Assembly: GCF_964355755.1 (NCBI RefSeq)
Contig: NC_092670.1
Span: 10,898,795 to 10,962,794 of the forward strand
Reading direction: 5' to 3'
Length of the DNA stretch: 64,000 nucleotides
From: Antedon mediterranea
Lineage: Eukaryota; Animalia; Echinodermata
Shown: piece by piece, positions 1 to 13,919 of the stretch
Layout of the letters: each line of letters opens with the position of its first letter
How positions within the stretch are numbered: the first letter of the stretch is position 1
The notes under the pieces: model-generated
The model's database searches: none
What the model was told of the DNA's origin: nothing
What the model saw: the letters and a program-made list of their open reading frames with translations, nothing else
Translations under genes and position numbers: made by a program

Positions 1-729
1 TAGCCCTGACTTTAGACCCTGACGCCACCGCTGCTTAGGTACAGTACATGTCTCAAGTTCTTTCCCAGCAGTCAATTTCCTTATCATTTAGCTGTGTTTA
101 ATCAGTCATAATTCTAACATTATTTTTATTATCTTTTAAATGTGATAATTGCAATATAAACCCTATATGTGTCCATAGATTATTTTTACTGCAAAGTACT
201 AAGTGTGTATAAGGCCTTAAAAAAAGTACTAAGGGACTATGAGGCCTTAAAAAAGGTTAATTCTTTGTATACTTAATGTGTTTTTAAATGTAAATATAGA
301 TTGAATATACTAACCTGCAGTTCCATTGGCAGGCTGAAGGCGCTTGACCTTTGACAAGATCGGCTAAATTTTTAATATATTAACTTTACAATACTTAGTG
401 TTGTATATTCTGGTACAGCCGCTCCATAATCTCTTTGCTTTTCTTCCTTAAGGCCGGTGCACACCAAACGCGAAGCCGCGAATTTCGCGTTAAAAAGTGA
501 CGCACGCGGCAGGCGACGGACGCTTCCAGTGTGAACATACAAGCGAACAGTGTACGATAGTCGAATTTCAACTTCAACGCGTTGAAAACGACAGCAGCGA
601 AGGCTTCGCACGCGAATTTTCAAAAGTTGAACCTTGGTCAACTTTTTGAGGCGTCGCGAGCGCGGTTTGCGTTCGTCAACCAATCAGAAGTCAGGAATAT
701 CTCTCATCGACGACACCGACGGCAAAAAA

Positions 730-916
730 ATGGTGGCTGACGAGCGAGGTCTTTATGGAAATACTTACCCTTCTTGTCTTTACGATAAGGGAAGTAAGTC
801 ATACACAGACAGAAACATAAGGATTAATGCATGAAGACAATAATTTCAGACAAACATCTGTGTAGAAGAATGCCAGAAAAACTAGGCCTAAAACGCGTCA
901 GAGATCAATTTGTAAA
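730..916 (+). pseudogene. Decayed MADF (Myb/SANT-like) DNA-binding ORF of the Harbinger element
   Basis: YPSCLYDKGSKSYTDRNIRINA*RQ...VEECQK...RVRDQFV resembles the MADF pattern, with TGA where Trp is expected and frameshifts; GTGAGT donor at 917; CCAAT near 680. Confidence 0.65.
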
Positions 917-1654
917 GTGAGTTGGCAAGCCTATTTCTAGCCTAGGCCTACCTAAGTTTAGGCAATACTAGGGCCTAGCTAGGCCTACCTAGCCTAGGCT
1001 ACATATACCCTAGTAGGCTAGGCCATGCCAAGTAGTACTTATAGGCCTACATAATACTTACTAATCCCTACTAGTCTACTATGAGCTAGGACTAGCCTAC
1101 TTATTATTATTAATTAATATTTATAGGCCTAATATTTAGTTGATTTAGTGTTGTAAAGGCTAGGATAGGCCTAGTAGTAGTAATATTAATACATAAATAC
1201 TGTTGTTTTTTTTTTTTAGGTCAATTAGATGAACATTGATAAATGGGATCCTTCAGGCTATTACCAGCGTTACAAACTCCACCAATGACCAAGCTAGTAG
1301 TTTAAGCGGCCAGTATATTATTGCCATGGAATTAAGAGCAATTGCTCCTCAAAAACGTGGACTGGCAATTATGAGGCTGATACAGGTTTGTATAGACTTT
1401 TTTCAAATGGGTATGTCAGTTGGTGACATACATTGGCCAGAAAAAAATGATTTGAGCAATATGCCTTACTATAGCAATTTTTTAATACTTGTTTCATTTT
1501 TTTAAAATAGAAAATGGAAGAGATTAAGGAGGAGTTGGACTGTAACTAGTATTTATTAAGTGGTTATAGAAGGAAAGCTGAACTGAATGTCTTTTTTTAG
1601 CAATAGAGAACACATGGAAATATATGTATATGTTTTGTTATACTCCAATACTAA

Positions 1655-1836
1655 AAAAATAGTCAAATTGGCTGCCAGCTAATGGAATTTTTTTCATTTT
1701 ATAAGTGAAAACATAAGTTTTGTTGAGTTTTTTTCTATGTAAGTGATTAACTTTGTTAAAACTACAAAATGGCCTATTCAAATTTGATTTTAATCATCTT
1801 CATTTTTCATGATTCTATGGGACAATACATCTTTAA
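1655..1836. mobile_element. Partial copy of the TTAA-flanked (Kolobok-like) MITE
   Basis: Matches about 42876-43072 and ends GGGACAATACATCT-TTAA. Confidence 0.65.
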
Positions 1837-2392
1837 GTTTAGTGTCATTTTTTGGACAAGATATATTGTCTTCCTGAAAATATAATTTAAAACATTTTCG
1901 TTGTGTGTGTAATACAGTATACAGTAACACTTTAGGGTTAGTTATTCACTTTTAACAATAATAATATTTCTTCAATTTTCATTTTTTTTTTTGGGATGAT
2001 ACCTTTTAAATTTATTATTTTGATATTATTTTGCGAAAGTATTCAGGAGTAGTAAAAAAGAAAATCTGGTTGATATTTAATGATACCTTTAAAAACAATG
2101 ATTCACTATTTCAATAAGTGTATTTATGTGAAAAAGTCATAAGATAATATACAGTGTAATGATTAATTATTTAATGATACCTTTAAAAACAATGATTCAC
2201 TATTTAAATAAGTGTATTTATGTGAAAAAAAAGTCATAAGATAATATAAAGTGTAAATATGAGTTTGGGATATTTATTACATTTAATCAAATGAGAAAAA
2301 AACTGTATGTTTTGTCATGAATAATATAATATTTAATAATAATTAGAAAATGAATGTGAAAACTTTACATTAATATATAGGCCTATACTATA

Positions 2393-2870
2393 GTTTATTT
2401 TATTTATTTATTTATTCAATTTCTGCCATAAACATAAGAAGACAAAACAATTATAAAAGGAGGCACAGAAAGACCAAACAGGTGCTAACACCTATGCTAT
2501 AGTAGGTCAACCCATGGAGATCCCAGTTCGTGTTTATATGAAATGTTTTATATGGTTATAAAATGTTGTTGCAATGTGACTGTAATTATAATTGCACCTC
2601 TGTTGATTGGTAGGCTGACGCTGCAAAAGATATTTGTAACACCACTAATAAATATACTCAGCAGATCACATGTACGTGTAATCAACAATAAACGCTTTAA
2701 TTCTTGTAACTGTATTGATATTGGATACATCTTCTTCTGTCCTTGTGATACGATGTTTGACTGCTTGTTAATATACACACAATCATGCACATTTCAGGCT
2801 TTGGAAAAGGATAACATTTTCCCACCAAAACCAAACACTGTGATTGGTTTAACCAGGGAAGAGTTAAATT
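2393..2870 (-). mobile_element. Probable 5'-truncated LINE 3' end inserted in the Harbinger element
   Basis: Minus strand ends in an (AATA)n tail after a UTR-like segment; no convincing RT motif seen. Confidence 0.35.
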
Positions 2871-2897
2871 ACATTTTAATTTAACTCTTCCCTGGTT
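2851..2897. repeat. Perfect 21-bp inverted repeat with 5-nt loop
   Basis: AACCAGGGAAGAGTTAAATTA-cattt-TAATTTAACTCTTCCCTGGTT. Confidence 0.95.
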
Positions 2898-5723
2898 TCA
2901 CTTACAATATTCATTGTATGCAGATCCAACCTGGAACACCCTAGCAATCGCGCCGAATCAGCACATCGTGACGCGTTTAGTGGGAACCGACAAGAAAAAC
3001 TAATAGACGCATGACAATTCAACTTCCAAAGCGATCCGTCAAATGACGCGTGACGCATGACGCTTCGCTGCTTCGCGTTCGGTGTGCACCGGCCTTTATA
3101 TCTATATTTTTAAATTTATACTAACAAATATCTTTTTATTAATATAATAATAATAATAATATATCAAAAATTTATTAAATAATATTTATCGCATAATACG
3201 CAATCTACGATAATTTAATTAATTGATATAACACATTTATTAAATACATAACATCATTTGAATAAAAAGAACAAATCACATATCTACACATAATCATAAC
3301 ATCGTATACTCTATCTCTAACAATTTATTCAATCTTCTATCGACTAAAGCCGAAGTATAGTCGTTATCTCGGGACCGTTCTATGGCCACCACCAGGTAGG
3401 CTTACTTCATTAAGGCTTCTATGAATGGATGTACTGGTTGGGAGCAGGAACGCTAGTAGACCAAACCCAGTACCGTTTTGATTACGATCAATCGGGAAAT
3501 TACCTCACGAGGGTTTTCTACATCGAGCAGTTATTGGCTATATGGCAGTATTCAAGTAATTAAAGTGTTAAATAGCATTTAATCCAATTTACATTTAGGT
3601 AAACTTAGGGTTCAAAGTATCATACAATAAGAAGATCATTACGAATGTTACGAGGTATTTTAAAAATTTATATTATATAAAATAAAAAAAAATTTAATTT
3701 CAAATATTATCATTATTATTACTTACTGGTTTTAGTAGAGTTCTTTCAAGTTCTGTCTGAATGTTTGCCTTTTCTTTAATTTAAATGTATAATTACTGTA
3801 TACATAAATGAAGTATAATGATCCCTACATTGTTATTTAGGATGTGGATAAAGATAATTATGTTATTATCTAAGTGCTATTAATTTTATGATGCCGTTCG
3901 ATTGTGTTGATTATTATATTACTAAAAATATTACTCTAATTGAGCTCGGGTGAGGTCTCTATTCCTATCATTACATCTGCAGCTTTATCAGTATTATGAA
4001 AACCATTTTTGCCGGCATCCAGTTCTCTTACTAAATGTGGTACTTGGGCCGGTATTATTTCTTGCTCTCATTAATGCCGGCCCGATTGAAGATTCAAATA
4101 ATATGTCGACCCACTCTTGGTGAAGTTGTTCCCAGAAACTCTTTACCTATTACGTAGTCCCTTCTGGAAAATTTGAATGAATGGTGTTTGCTTATTTAAA
4201 AATGGCAAAAGATATACCAAATCCTTTAAAAATTATAGACAAATTTCTTTCCTTTACTAAATTATGCATTCCCAACTTTATGATTATTTGATAGCTAAGT
4301 TAAATATTCTGAATTAATATCATCAATATGATTTGCAAAGGTCACTCAACTGCTCATGCTGTCTTCTTAATAATACTTTTATTGAACATAGAGCAATATT
4401 AGCGTGAAAGCTCATATATATTGGTGTATATATCAAATAATTATTTGATTGAGAAATTTGTTTGATGTAATTAACCATTCTATTTTAAATAAGAACATGC
4501 GAAAATTATGGTATTAAAGGCACTCCTTTAAGCATTTGCTTCTTGAGTTAGTTGGATGGCAGAAACAATTTGTCTCTATCCAATCATTTAAATCATCGAC
4601 CGAGGATATCACTTGTGGGTGTCTCCTCACCCCAATTTTATTTTTACGTTAATGACCTGACTAATGTCAGTGAGAAGTTTAAGTGATATCCTTCGCCGAC
4701 GATACTACTATTTTATTTATCTTCTTGTTGACATTTTATTTAATACTTTTAATTATGAATTGTCTAAATTTAATGACTGGTTTCTTTAAATTCTAAATTC
4801 TTTTAAAGCTCAGGTACAGGCATGAATTTGAAATATAATATCGGGTTAATTGTACATAAATCAAATATTTGTAACAGAAATCAAAATGAAAAAAAACAAA
4901 GACATGACAATTCGGTGCTTACTGATTTTGTATTGTGTTTCTTTTCGGTGTAAAATCGTGTTTTTCTTTGCTTATTCAAATTTTGATGATTATGCTAATA
5001 ATACAATTATACTTTTGCATAATATAAATCTAAAGTATAAACAGCTAATAATTATACTGTATTTATTTTTGCCTTAATTGTTGTTTTTGCATTGAAATTA
5101 ATTAGAAAATTAAGACAATTTGATCCTTAAGGTATTTTTTTTGTCGATTAAAAATATTATTTGCTAATTATAATTTTGCTGATTATGCTAATTATAATTT
5201 TGCTGATTATGCTAATTATAATTGTGCATAATTAAAAATCTAAATAAATAAGAGTGAGTTAATGGTTTTTACCAATATCGTTATCTGTGCATATTTTATG
5301 TTCGCATGGTAATCGAATTTTGCTTGGAATAAGATATTAAAAATCTACCGGAAGAAAATGTTGTAATTTTATGATTTTGAATATAAACAGGTTGTTAAAT
5401 GTATGTTTTCCATGTGTCTTTATTATGAAATATTACAATATATGTCTGGGCATTTTATATCGAAAAGGCATTATTTTCGCGAATGTTAAATGTATGTTTT
5501 TCGTAGGTATTTTATATTATAAAATATGATTATTTTCGCGAATGATAAATGTGTTTGTTGCATTAATATTTTATATTTTAACAAAGGTAATTGTTTTTTG
5601 TTTGTTTGTACTTTGTACACTTATTTTATAGTATTACGGTACTGTAATATCTGTTTGTTCCAAATAATATTGAATTCCGGCATGATTACATTGGTTGTAT
5701 ATGGTTTACCAATCTACATATAG

Positions 5724-6027
5724 TAACACCTTTGGGCCACAGCGAAGTGTCCCCTTAATAGGAGTGTCCTTTAAATAGGATTTGGCTAAAATGTTAAAAA
5801 TTTACCTTTCATATTTCACGAGAAATTGTCCCCTTAATAGGAGTGTCCTTTAAATAGGATTTGGCTAAAATGTTAAAAATTTACCTTTCATATTTCACGA
5901 GAAATTGTCCCCTTAATAGGAGTGCCCTTTAAATAGGATTTGGCTAAAATGTTAACATATTGCCATTTATTTATTGCACGAGAAAGTGTGTTATTAGGGG
6001 TGTTGAAATGGTGGGCGTTCTACTGTA
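5724..6027. repeat. Tandem 79-bp repeat (about 2.7 copies) within a Tc1/mariner-like MITE remnant
   Basis: TGTCCCCTTAATAGGAGTG recurs at 5748, 5827 and 5906; the segment ends CTACTGTA; related sequence at about 8380-8450. Confidence 0.6.
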
Positions 6028-6811
6028 GTATGGTTTCACGTTGAAAGATATAGAAAAAGTGCAGTCCCATATACCTTATCTCGCTTCTAAATGAATAATA
6101 TCAATAATAATATTTAGAATATGTAAATATCCTTGTAATTTAGCTTTGGCTGCAATGACGATATTGGAAATAAATGAAATGAATGGAAAAAATGAAATGA
6201 ATAATGATTTTAAAGCATAAGCCTGCAATATGCCTGTATATGTTACACAAATTAATCCTCTAGTCAATTATAAGGGAATAAATTTCAATTGTAATGAACT
6301 CTGATTAAATGAACTTCTACATAAAATCAATGTTTTATTTTATGTCAGAGCTACGTGCCGAAAAATAAATTTGCGACTACATAAATTCTAGCAGATCGTG
6401 ATTAGATTAGCCCTTTGAGGTAAACAAGTGGAGAAAAGTAACTTGTATTCTCATTCAATAAACCATTATTAAAGTCATGTACGACTATTACAAGACCAAC
6501 TACCAAGAGAAACATAATAACAATCGCCAAATTGTAAACCTGGTTTAATGAATGCCGAGCTGGATGAAGTGATTTTGTCTGTTTTGCGTAAACAAAGAAT
6601 TAAAGATGGTTTTAGTCGCGGATAATGTCTTTATTTTTACTTTGAATTTAAGCATCGAGCAAGGAAAGGCTTAAATAATAAATAGATGTTTTTATTTAGA
6701 ACGTCTGCAAGATTGAAAAGTCGGCGAGTCCATTTTAGCCTTAAAGCAACACGTAGAGAAAAGAACAAATTAATGAATAAACCATGGATTATTACATACA
6801 AACCATCATGA

Positions 6812-6963
6812 TTAAAGGTACACTATCAAACTCGTTTGACAAAAATAGTGTGATGTGCCCAAATATGGCAGAGATATGCCCAAATATGGTAGTGATATGA
6901 CATCATCATGTCCATATATGGTCACATCATCACATTTTGTTGTCACATAAAGACAGAGCTTTA
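6812..6963. mobile_element. Short palindromic MITE remnant
   Basis: Inverted arms TTTGACAAAA..TGTGATGTG / CATCACATTTTGTTGTCA, an internal 21-bp duplication (TGCCCAAATATGG twice), and end AGACAGAGC-TTTA. Confidence 0.45.
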
Positions 6964-9300
6964 GTCCTACTATGTTATGTTCTAATGTATCTATACCGGT
7001 ACTATACAAGTTTGTTTATTACACCGACGTGGATGTGATGCTGAGACTGAGAATATAATTGTTTTTTGTCCAGAATAAATGTTCATCTTAAATCTTCGTG
7101 TTTAAAATTGCTATTGTTATTATAAAAATATAACCTCTTTGCAACATTAATTTCAAGCTCAGTTGTTTTTTTTGTTGAAAATATTTATATTTCGTAATAA
7201 ATTATATAGAAACTAAACTCGAAGCTCCCTTTAATAAATCGGTGCCTAAAAACATCGCTCATATTTTATTCAAATCAAGCAAATTGCGTCATCGGTATTA
7301 TAACAACATCGGTTATTTTTTTCCGAGACTGTTTTATCATAAACCACAAACACGGCATATTGGCTGAGACAATTATTTTGATACTACACAGAGACTTAAG
7401 AATAAGCATACAACATCATTTTCTGGCATGTTGGGAAAGAATGAATGGAACAAAGGTATAGGGTTGCTACTGTCATTCTCGCGTTCAAAAAATCGTTTTT
7501 AATTTCTATGCGCCCGTAAACTATGCCTCCATAATTTTAGCGAGGACAACATTTAAAAGACGCGCGCGTTCACATTCTGATGAATTTAATTTACCGCGCG
7601 TGTAAAAGAATTTTACAGACGTGCGCGTTCAAATGCTTATAAAATTCGTTCGTTTGTACGCATGTATCTCCTTCTTGGTGTACAAGTTCACACCGTATAA
7701 TCAGTTTTACTTGTACTGGATTGTATTCTTATGTAGTATAAACATTGCTATGAAACGCTAATTCGGTTTTTTGAAATGATAATAATGTTTTTGTTGTTGA
7801 AACCAGGTTGTTTATGCATATTGCTGTTTCATTGATATTTCTTTAAAGAGTTTCTTTACCTTCTAACATAACATTTTTCACCGTTGATTTCTGTTACGTA
7901 ATAAGTTTTATCGTTGAATGAAGGGTTGTCCGCTATGATCTTCCCGAAACGAAGTTTACCTTAGATATGGAAGATGTTTCTTTTTCTCATTTGATGATCT
8001 ATTTGTTGATGATCTGTCTCTGATTTCATAAGCTTCAAAATGAGCTCACTTTTTAGGTTGCAGATTCAATTATTTTCTCCGCTTCACGTGATCTACTTGT
8101 TAATGACTCCTTATGAACTACTTTTGAGGAAATTGCTTTGCTTACAAAATCCTTGGTGGCGCTATTATAATTTACATGTGATAATATTGAAGAAAATAAT
8201 AGGTGATTTCTTAGATGATTTAGTTTGCGATAGACTGAAGTTAAAATAACACACCTCGGGCAGCAGGTAAGCGATTCATTTATTGTTACTGTTATAATGT
8301 ATACAGGTGCATACTACTGTAGGCCTCCTAGTTCCCTTTGAAGTGGGCAAGTCCATAACAGTTAACCCTTTTTAGAGGACACCAATATTGTATGAATTGA
8401 AGGGAACACTTCGTTGGTTCCCAAAGGTGTCCTCATAATAGGGGTTCTCCTTATTTGCTATTTCATAACATTCAGTGACTTAACGGGAGACATAAAGTAG
8501 ACGCGCGTGTACTAAAGTGACCTTAATTATTTTTGTCAGTTTTTGAGCGCGCGCGTCACATCATGGTTGCCTACAGCTCTTCGTTGGATACAGACGTAAA
8601 ATAGACCTATAATGATAAATTTCAATTCACAGAAACATCGAATGATGTGATGGATGTATCGCAAGCATACTATTTTTATTTGTGCATACACCATGAAAAC
8701 AATGATATATATATTTTTTATGTGTAATTTCTTCACGGTTTAAAGAGTTCCAAGCCGGGATAAGGAATATAGTCTTGGTTTCTCACTATGACGCAACGTA
8801 AGGACGTAAGCGCAACAAAAGTAATTCTCACTTTGGCGTTGCGTTCTGTGGGAAACAATTTGTGTATATTAAAAGTTTAGTTTTATATAATATATTTTTA
8901 ATGTATAGGCCTATATATTTTTGTTTCAAAATCTTCAAATTGAAACTCATTTTAAACTTGGTTTGCCCTTTTTTGTTTACAAAATCACTTTATTCGGGTT
9001 TATGTATTTATACACTGAGCATTTGAAAATATTTTAATTGGCGCGTAATACTTGTTTGTCCATATTATTATTCAATTATTATTATCCTAACCACTTATCA
9101 GATAGATGCACCCCAAGACACCCCCTTTTCCCATTAACAAAATGTAAAACGTCGTAAGCCCCATTAACCCAAGTCTGACGTGCTTCTATGCTAAAAAGAA
9201 AGCAGATTTGGCTGATTTTCATCATGAAACACGTTAACACAGGGGACCCCGTAGGCCGGCTACATGAAGAAAAATTGGGTGTGATTTAAACCTGCCTTAA

Positions 9301-9845
9301 AGATGTATTGTCCCTTGAAACACAAAAAATGAAAAAAAAAAAATTCTAATTTTAAATTGGCCATATCAAAGTAATATTAAAGTTATTCACTTTAAGTCGA
9401 AAATTCGAGCCAAAAACAACAGTTTACGTAATTAACAGGTAAATTAATTAGATTACATTTCGTCTGAGAAATCGTCGCAAGCGAAAGTAAACAAAGATTT
9501 CAAACCATGAGTATGCATTATTCATGATGCTAATTAGGATTGTTTACAACTCATCACGGTTGAGAAGGTGTTTTCACACAGATCGCGAGGAAGTTTTATG
9601 ATTATGCATACAGAGTAGCCAAACAAGCGCATTGCATTATAGGATATGTTTTGATTGAAAACTTTGACTGGAAGTCAAAGTTATTTTTTGAACAAAAAAA
9701 CATCTGTATTTCGGTTAAATTATTTTTTTTTGGACTAATTTTTGGTGAAAGTTAATAACTATTATGATACTTCAAAATGACCCACTTTTTTTCGAAAAAA
9801 AAAAAAAAAATGTTTGTTGGAATTAGTCAAAGGGACAATACATCT
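9301..9845. mobile_element. Kolobok-like MITE
   Basis: TTAA-AGATGTATTGTCCCTT ... AAGGGACAATACATCT TIRs, same termini as 42731-43068; right-hand TTAA not preserved. Confidence 0.7.
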
Positions 9846-10426
9846 ACTTTGTAAAGTTTAATCGAAATGAATTTGTACTTAAGGCATTGGATTAATCATA
9901 TACCCATCCGGTTCCTTGCATCACATCTACTGTGTCGATAATTATCACTATCAAGGATTCTACATACTAAGTATATTCTAGTTCTCGGTACTGTGTCTAG
10001 ATTTCTCCACAGTGTCAGAACAATTCCGTAATACAGCGGTACATGTTTCACATGGTATCAAACCTACCCATGATACATGCACTAAAATGTGATACACATT
10101 GAACTCATCATTTAAGGTCGGTTATTGTTAAAAGTGATGCTGTATATACGGTATTTAGACCTATATGCCTATTGTGAAAATATCATCGTAATATTAGGAT
10201 ATACAGTAGGCCTACTGGGAATCCGGTCACTACGAGTCTCTTTAAATCATTTTCTGATTTATTCCACAACATATTGGTGTACTGAATAATGATGTCGACT
10301 CTCTCATCCTATAATTAGGTACCTCAGTTGATTGCATATAATTCTCTATGGACAGTACATCAATTTCAAGCACTATAGATTAAAATTATTCTTATAATAT
10401 TATTATTTCTAACTTCCAATCATTAA

Positions 10427-10586
10427 AGCTTGGTTCCCACTAGGACGCAACACAAGGACCTAGACCCAACGCAAGCGAGTTGATGACCAATCACACGCGA
10501 CTATTCGAATAATTCATCGCTTGAGATTGGTCAAATCACTTGCGTTGCGTTACGTCTTAGCGTTGCGTCCTAGTGGGAACCAAGCT
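10427..10586. mobile_element. Tourist-like (PIF/Harbinger) palindromic MITE, 160 bp
   Basis: TIR AGCTTGGTTCCCACTAGGACGCAAC with TAA duplicated on both sides; relatives at about 8773-8855, 11577-11690 and 13130-13558. Confidence 0.85.
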
Positions 10587-11357
10587 TAATAGGCCTAATA
10601 TTGGTTTTTTGGGACCTTAAGGATAACAGTATGATAATGTATTTATTTATGATTAGGGTTGTATGCAAACGTTTCTCTTCTTGCAAGATCGACATTTCAC
10701 GGAATTTTCCAGATACTAGAATCCAGCAAACTTCGTTATTGCAAGTTTTGGTAGAGTTTTTACATGTTGTAGAATAGACTTCGGGAAAACAAACAGATTA
10801 TGTGAGAATTGTGAATGATACCAAAATCAAATCTCTGGCATAAAGGCTGATTTAAACAGACGAGCGGTAACGGTAAGCGGACAAAACCGCGTAGCTTGTC
10901 CCACGTAGAATATGTATCTATCCTGAGCGGAAATCGCTCGTCCGCTCCGCGTTGTGTGTAAATGATCATAATGAATAACATAGATTCTATATTTTTATTA
11001 TCGTTACCGCTCGTTTAAATGTGTAAGTGTAAATTGGCATTAAGGGACATACACACACACAGCGCTGGTTTTACAATGATTGGGACTGATGGTGATACGG
11101 ATGATAAGAATGATGACAACGGCGACTACTGCAACCAATAGAAAACTCGGTTGCTCGTTTATGAGACGATTAATCGTGTTCCGTAGATTACATGATCAGT
11201 GCAAGATTTATGACGGATTTTGAAGCTTTCGATAGTGATCCGATAATCAACGTTGAACTACGCGGATGGTTTTATTTCGTAGTTTAAACAAACATAATTG
11301 AGCTCAAGTCCACGAAAAGATAATCTCATCGATATGCAAAATAAAGTGTTTTCAGTG

Positions 11358-11493
11358 CAGGGGCGTAACGACTAGCGCTCACTGGCTAAACCCAGGGGCT
11401 CCGGAGCTTATGGGACCGGGGGACCATGAGCAGTGCCCAGAAGAAGAAAGAGTTTCTAAACCAGGGGCCTCAGGCCTCTGCCTTACGTCTCTG
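11358..11493. mobile_element. hAT-type MITE, 136 bp
   Basis: CAGGGGCGTAA ... TTACGTCTCTG ends; 8-bp TSD TTTCAGTG / GTTCAGTG with one mismatch. Confidence 0.7.
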
Positions 11494-11904
11494 GTTCAGT
11501 GCGTACGTAAATGAACGTGCGTACAGTAGTATTTCAATGACGCCGTAATGTCTACGTAGCAAACTACTCTGCTTTGAGCTTTGTTTCCACTGCCTGAGAC
11601 GCAACGCAAGTGTGTCATCGCTTGTGATTGGCCAAACATTTATGCTGCGCTTACGTTCTTGCTTTGCTCTAGGATAGTTAAATAAAGCATTACTATTTAA
11701 ACTTAGGTGTAATTTGCCCCGACGTAATGATACGTCTTCAAATTTCGCATACGTAATGAACCGTTTTGCTCTTTAGAAAGCCGCCCACTAAAAAATTACG
11801 AATATTAATTAACTAAACTTAAAGTAGATGAAAAGTGACACTAGACAGCTAGAAGTTTACCGTATGTATTTGTGTAGTTAACAGTAATTTAGATTGTAAA
11901 CAAC

Positions 11905-12163
11905 GAATTACTGGTTATATTTTACAAAGTTTAGAGAGTGATATGATGAGGCATGGGTTCGAGCCTGCCTGTGCCATATTGATTGCATCCTTAAGATACT
12001 TTACTCTCGTTGCCTTGTCATTCAGATCGGACGTAAAGTAGTTGGTCCCGTGTAAATATTATGTGCACGGAAAGAGTAGTGGATCGTCATCCTCTGCACT
12101 GTGACTGCCGTGGGTTCACGTAGGGACCTCAAGTAAGCTTGAGGACGATTACATTTACATTTT
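11905..12163 (+). mobile_element. Degenerate tRNA-derived SINE
   Basis: B-box GGTTCGAGCC at about 11956, SINE-core-like TGCATCCTTAAGATACTTTAC, 3' hairpin CCTCAAG-TAAG-CTTGAGG and TTACATTTACATTT tail. Confidence 0.6.
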
Positions 12164-12751
12164 AGTTGATGAGCAGTTTCATAAATAGGCATATTTAATA
12201 TGCAAGAAAAAAACAATAGACGTGCTTTCAATACGTGTATCTACTTCATAAACAATGTTTTTCAGCAAGAACGGTATTAGTAGCCTAATGAAATGCTCGT
12301 TATCACTTCGTATCTAATGTGTATACATTTCAGTATTTAGTTTTATACACAGACGTACTTTTGATGTATATTGAAAATGATACTGGGATTTATCCGAGAC
12401 AACAATATCGTTGTATCTGCTTTTAGAAAAGCTTAATTTTTCATCAAATTATTTTTACGTTTCTTGTTCTGAAGGTACTATTTTCTCCTTTTCACACTCG
12501 GCGTCTACTTAAAAAAATCTGCACATATTTAAAATAACATAAGGACTAAATTTGGCAAAATCAAAGTAAACTCAGTGAATCTACATGAATCGTTCTTTTT
12601 TTTAAACAAACCACAGACAAGCAAAGCAATCAGATTTAGACGATACACGTTTATTTTGATTTTCCAAACTTAATATGCGTTACGTACTGTAAATCTGTCT
12701 TTAAAGTCAGTAGGTGCGTTTTTAATTTCATATTAATTTTGTTATTATAGA

Positions 12752-13096
12752 ATGGACGATAATGCTACCTTTCCAGCCGCTGGAATCAACGACTATGACA
12801 TTTCGTACGGGAACGATTATTACGACATAGTAAACATGTTAGACGTCGAACAGATCGCCATACCGTTTACGTGGACGTTGTTCATTGTGGTTGGTTTAGG
12901 CTGTAACAGTCTTATCATTTACGTGGTGTGTAGGTTCGGTACAATGAGAACTGTTACTAACTGCTACATTGTCAATATCTCAGTTACGGATATTATGTTT
13001 CTGGTGTTGTGTGCTCCCTTCACTATCTTCACGTATACAAAACATGTGTGGATCTTTGGAAACGCGCTGTGTCGTATCGTTATGTATCTCATGCAG
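12752..13096 (+). CDS. Kisspeptin-receptor-like (GPR54-type) class A GPCR, coding exon 1 (N-terminus to start of TM3)
   Basis: MRTVTNCYIVNISVTDIMFLVLCAPFT...WIFGNALC closely parallels KISS1R MRTVTNFYIANLAATD..LLCCVPFT; 345 nt, phase-0 CAG|GTGTGT donor; an acceptor-like TAG lies just before the ATG, implying a 5' UTR exon. Confidence 0.9.
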
Positions 13097-13129
13097 GTGT
13101 GTTAATTCATTGTGCATATAACTTTTTTC

Positions 13130-13558
13130 CTACTTGGACCAACATGGTAATTTGACCAATCACTAGGCGATGGATCTTCTGAATTTAATTACTTGTATCG
13201 GTAAACTCACTTGCGTTGTTGCGTCCAAGCTGAAGCGTGGTTCCCACTAGCGCCGCTACACAAGGACGTAACGCAACGAAAGTGAATTGACCAATCACAA
13301 GCGATGGCTTATTCGTTTGTGATTGCTAACTGTCTATAACTTCGCTTGTCATTGGTTAAAACGCTTGCGTTGCGTTTACGTCCTTGCATTACGTTCTAGT
13401 GAGAACCAAGCTTTAGTCTTGGTTCGTACTAGGACGTAACGCAAGGACGTGAATGCAACGCAAGCGAACCGACCAATGATAAGCGACAGTTTCGTATAAT
13501 TATGATTGGTCAAATTGACATACTTTGCTCTTACGTCGTTTCGTCGCGTCCTAGTGGG
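13130..13558. mobile_element. Three abutting copies of the Tourist-like MITE in GPCR intron 1
   Basis: Near-complete copy 13234-13412 (TGGTTCCCACTAG ... CTAGTGAGAACCAAGCT) with decayed copies on both sides; same family as 10427-10586. Confidence 0.75.
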
Positions 13559-13565
13559 TTATATG

Positions 13566-13919
13566 CGGCCGGGGAGCGATATTTCTTTTCCTACATAAGT
13601 TGGGGGCCACTCATGAAACGTCACAAAATAAACATGACTACTATTCATTAGTCATCATTAAGGTGTGACGTAAGAATTGATCTAACTACAATTCAATAAC
13701 AACAATACAAATGAAAACGCTTTCTGTCGAGGCGTCAAATAGATTAGAATATGAACTTTACATGTCAATGTATCGGGTTCGAATCCCACGAGCAACTTAT
13801 TTTTACTTTATAGTGAGAGAAATTATTTAGAGGGCTAGGTTCAGTTATTAGGAAGTAGTTTGGCTATCTTTCACATAAGGGGTTCCCCAAATTATGTACG
13901 AAAAGAAAAATCGCGGCCG
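13566..13919. mobile_element. Unclassified TIR element
   Basis: CGGCCG..GCGATATTTCTTTTCCTACATAAGTTGGGG mirrored by CCCCAAATTATGTACGAAAAGAAAAATCGCGGCCG; internal B-box-like GGTTCGAATCCC. Confidence 0.6.

Larger units (their letters stand above)
451..3095. mobile_element. PIF/Harbinger-type DNA transposon, defective
   Basis: About 30-bp TIRs (AGGCCGGTGCACACCAAACGCGAAGC at 451; reverse complement ending 3095) flanked by TTA on both sides (448-450, 3096-3098); carries a decayed MADF ORF. Confidence 0.85.

Noticed and set aside
13770-13795. tRNA gene (GGTTCGAATCCC)
   Set aside because: Only a B-box/T-arm is visible, no cloverleaf could be built, and it lies within a TIR element.
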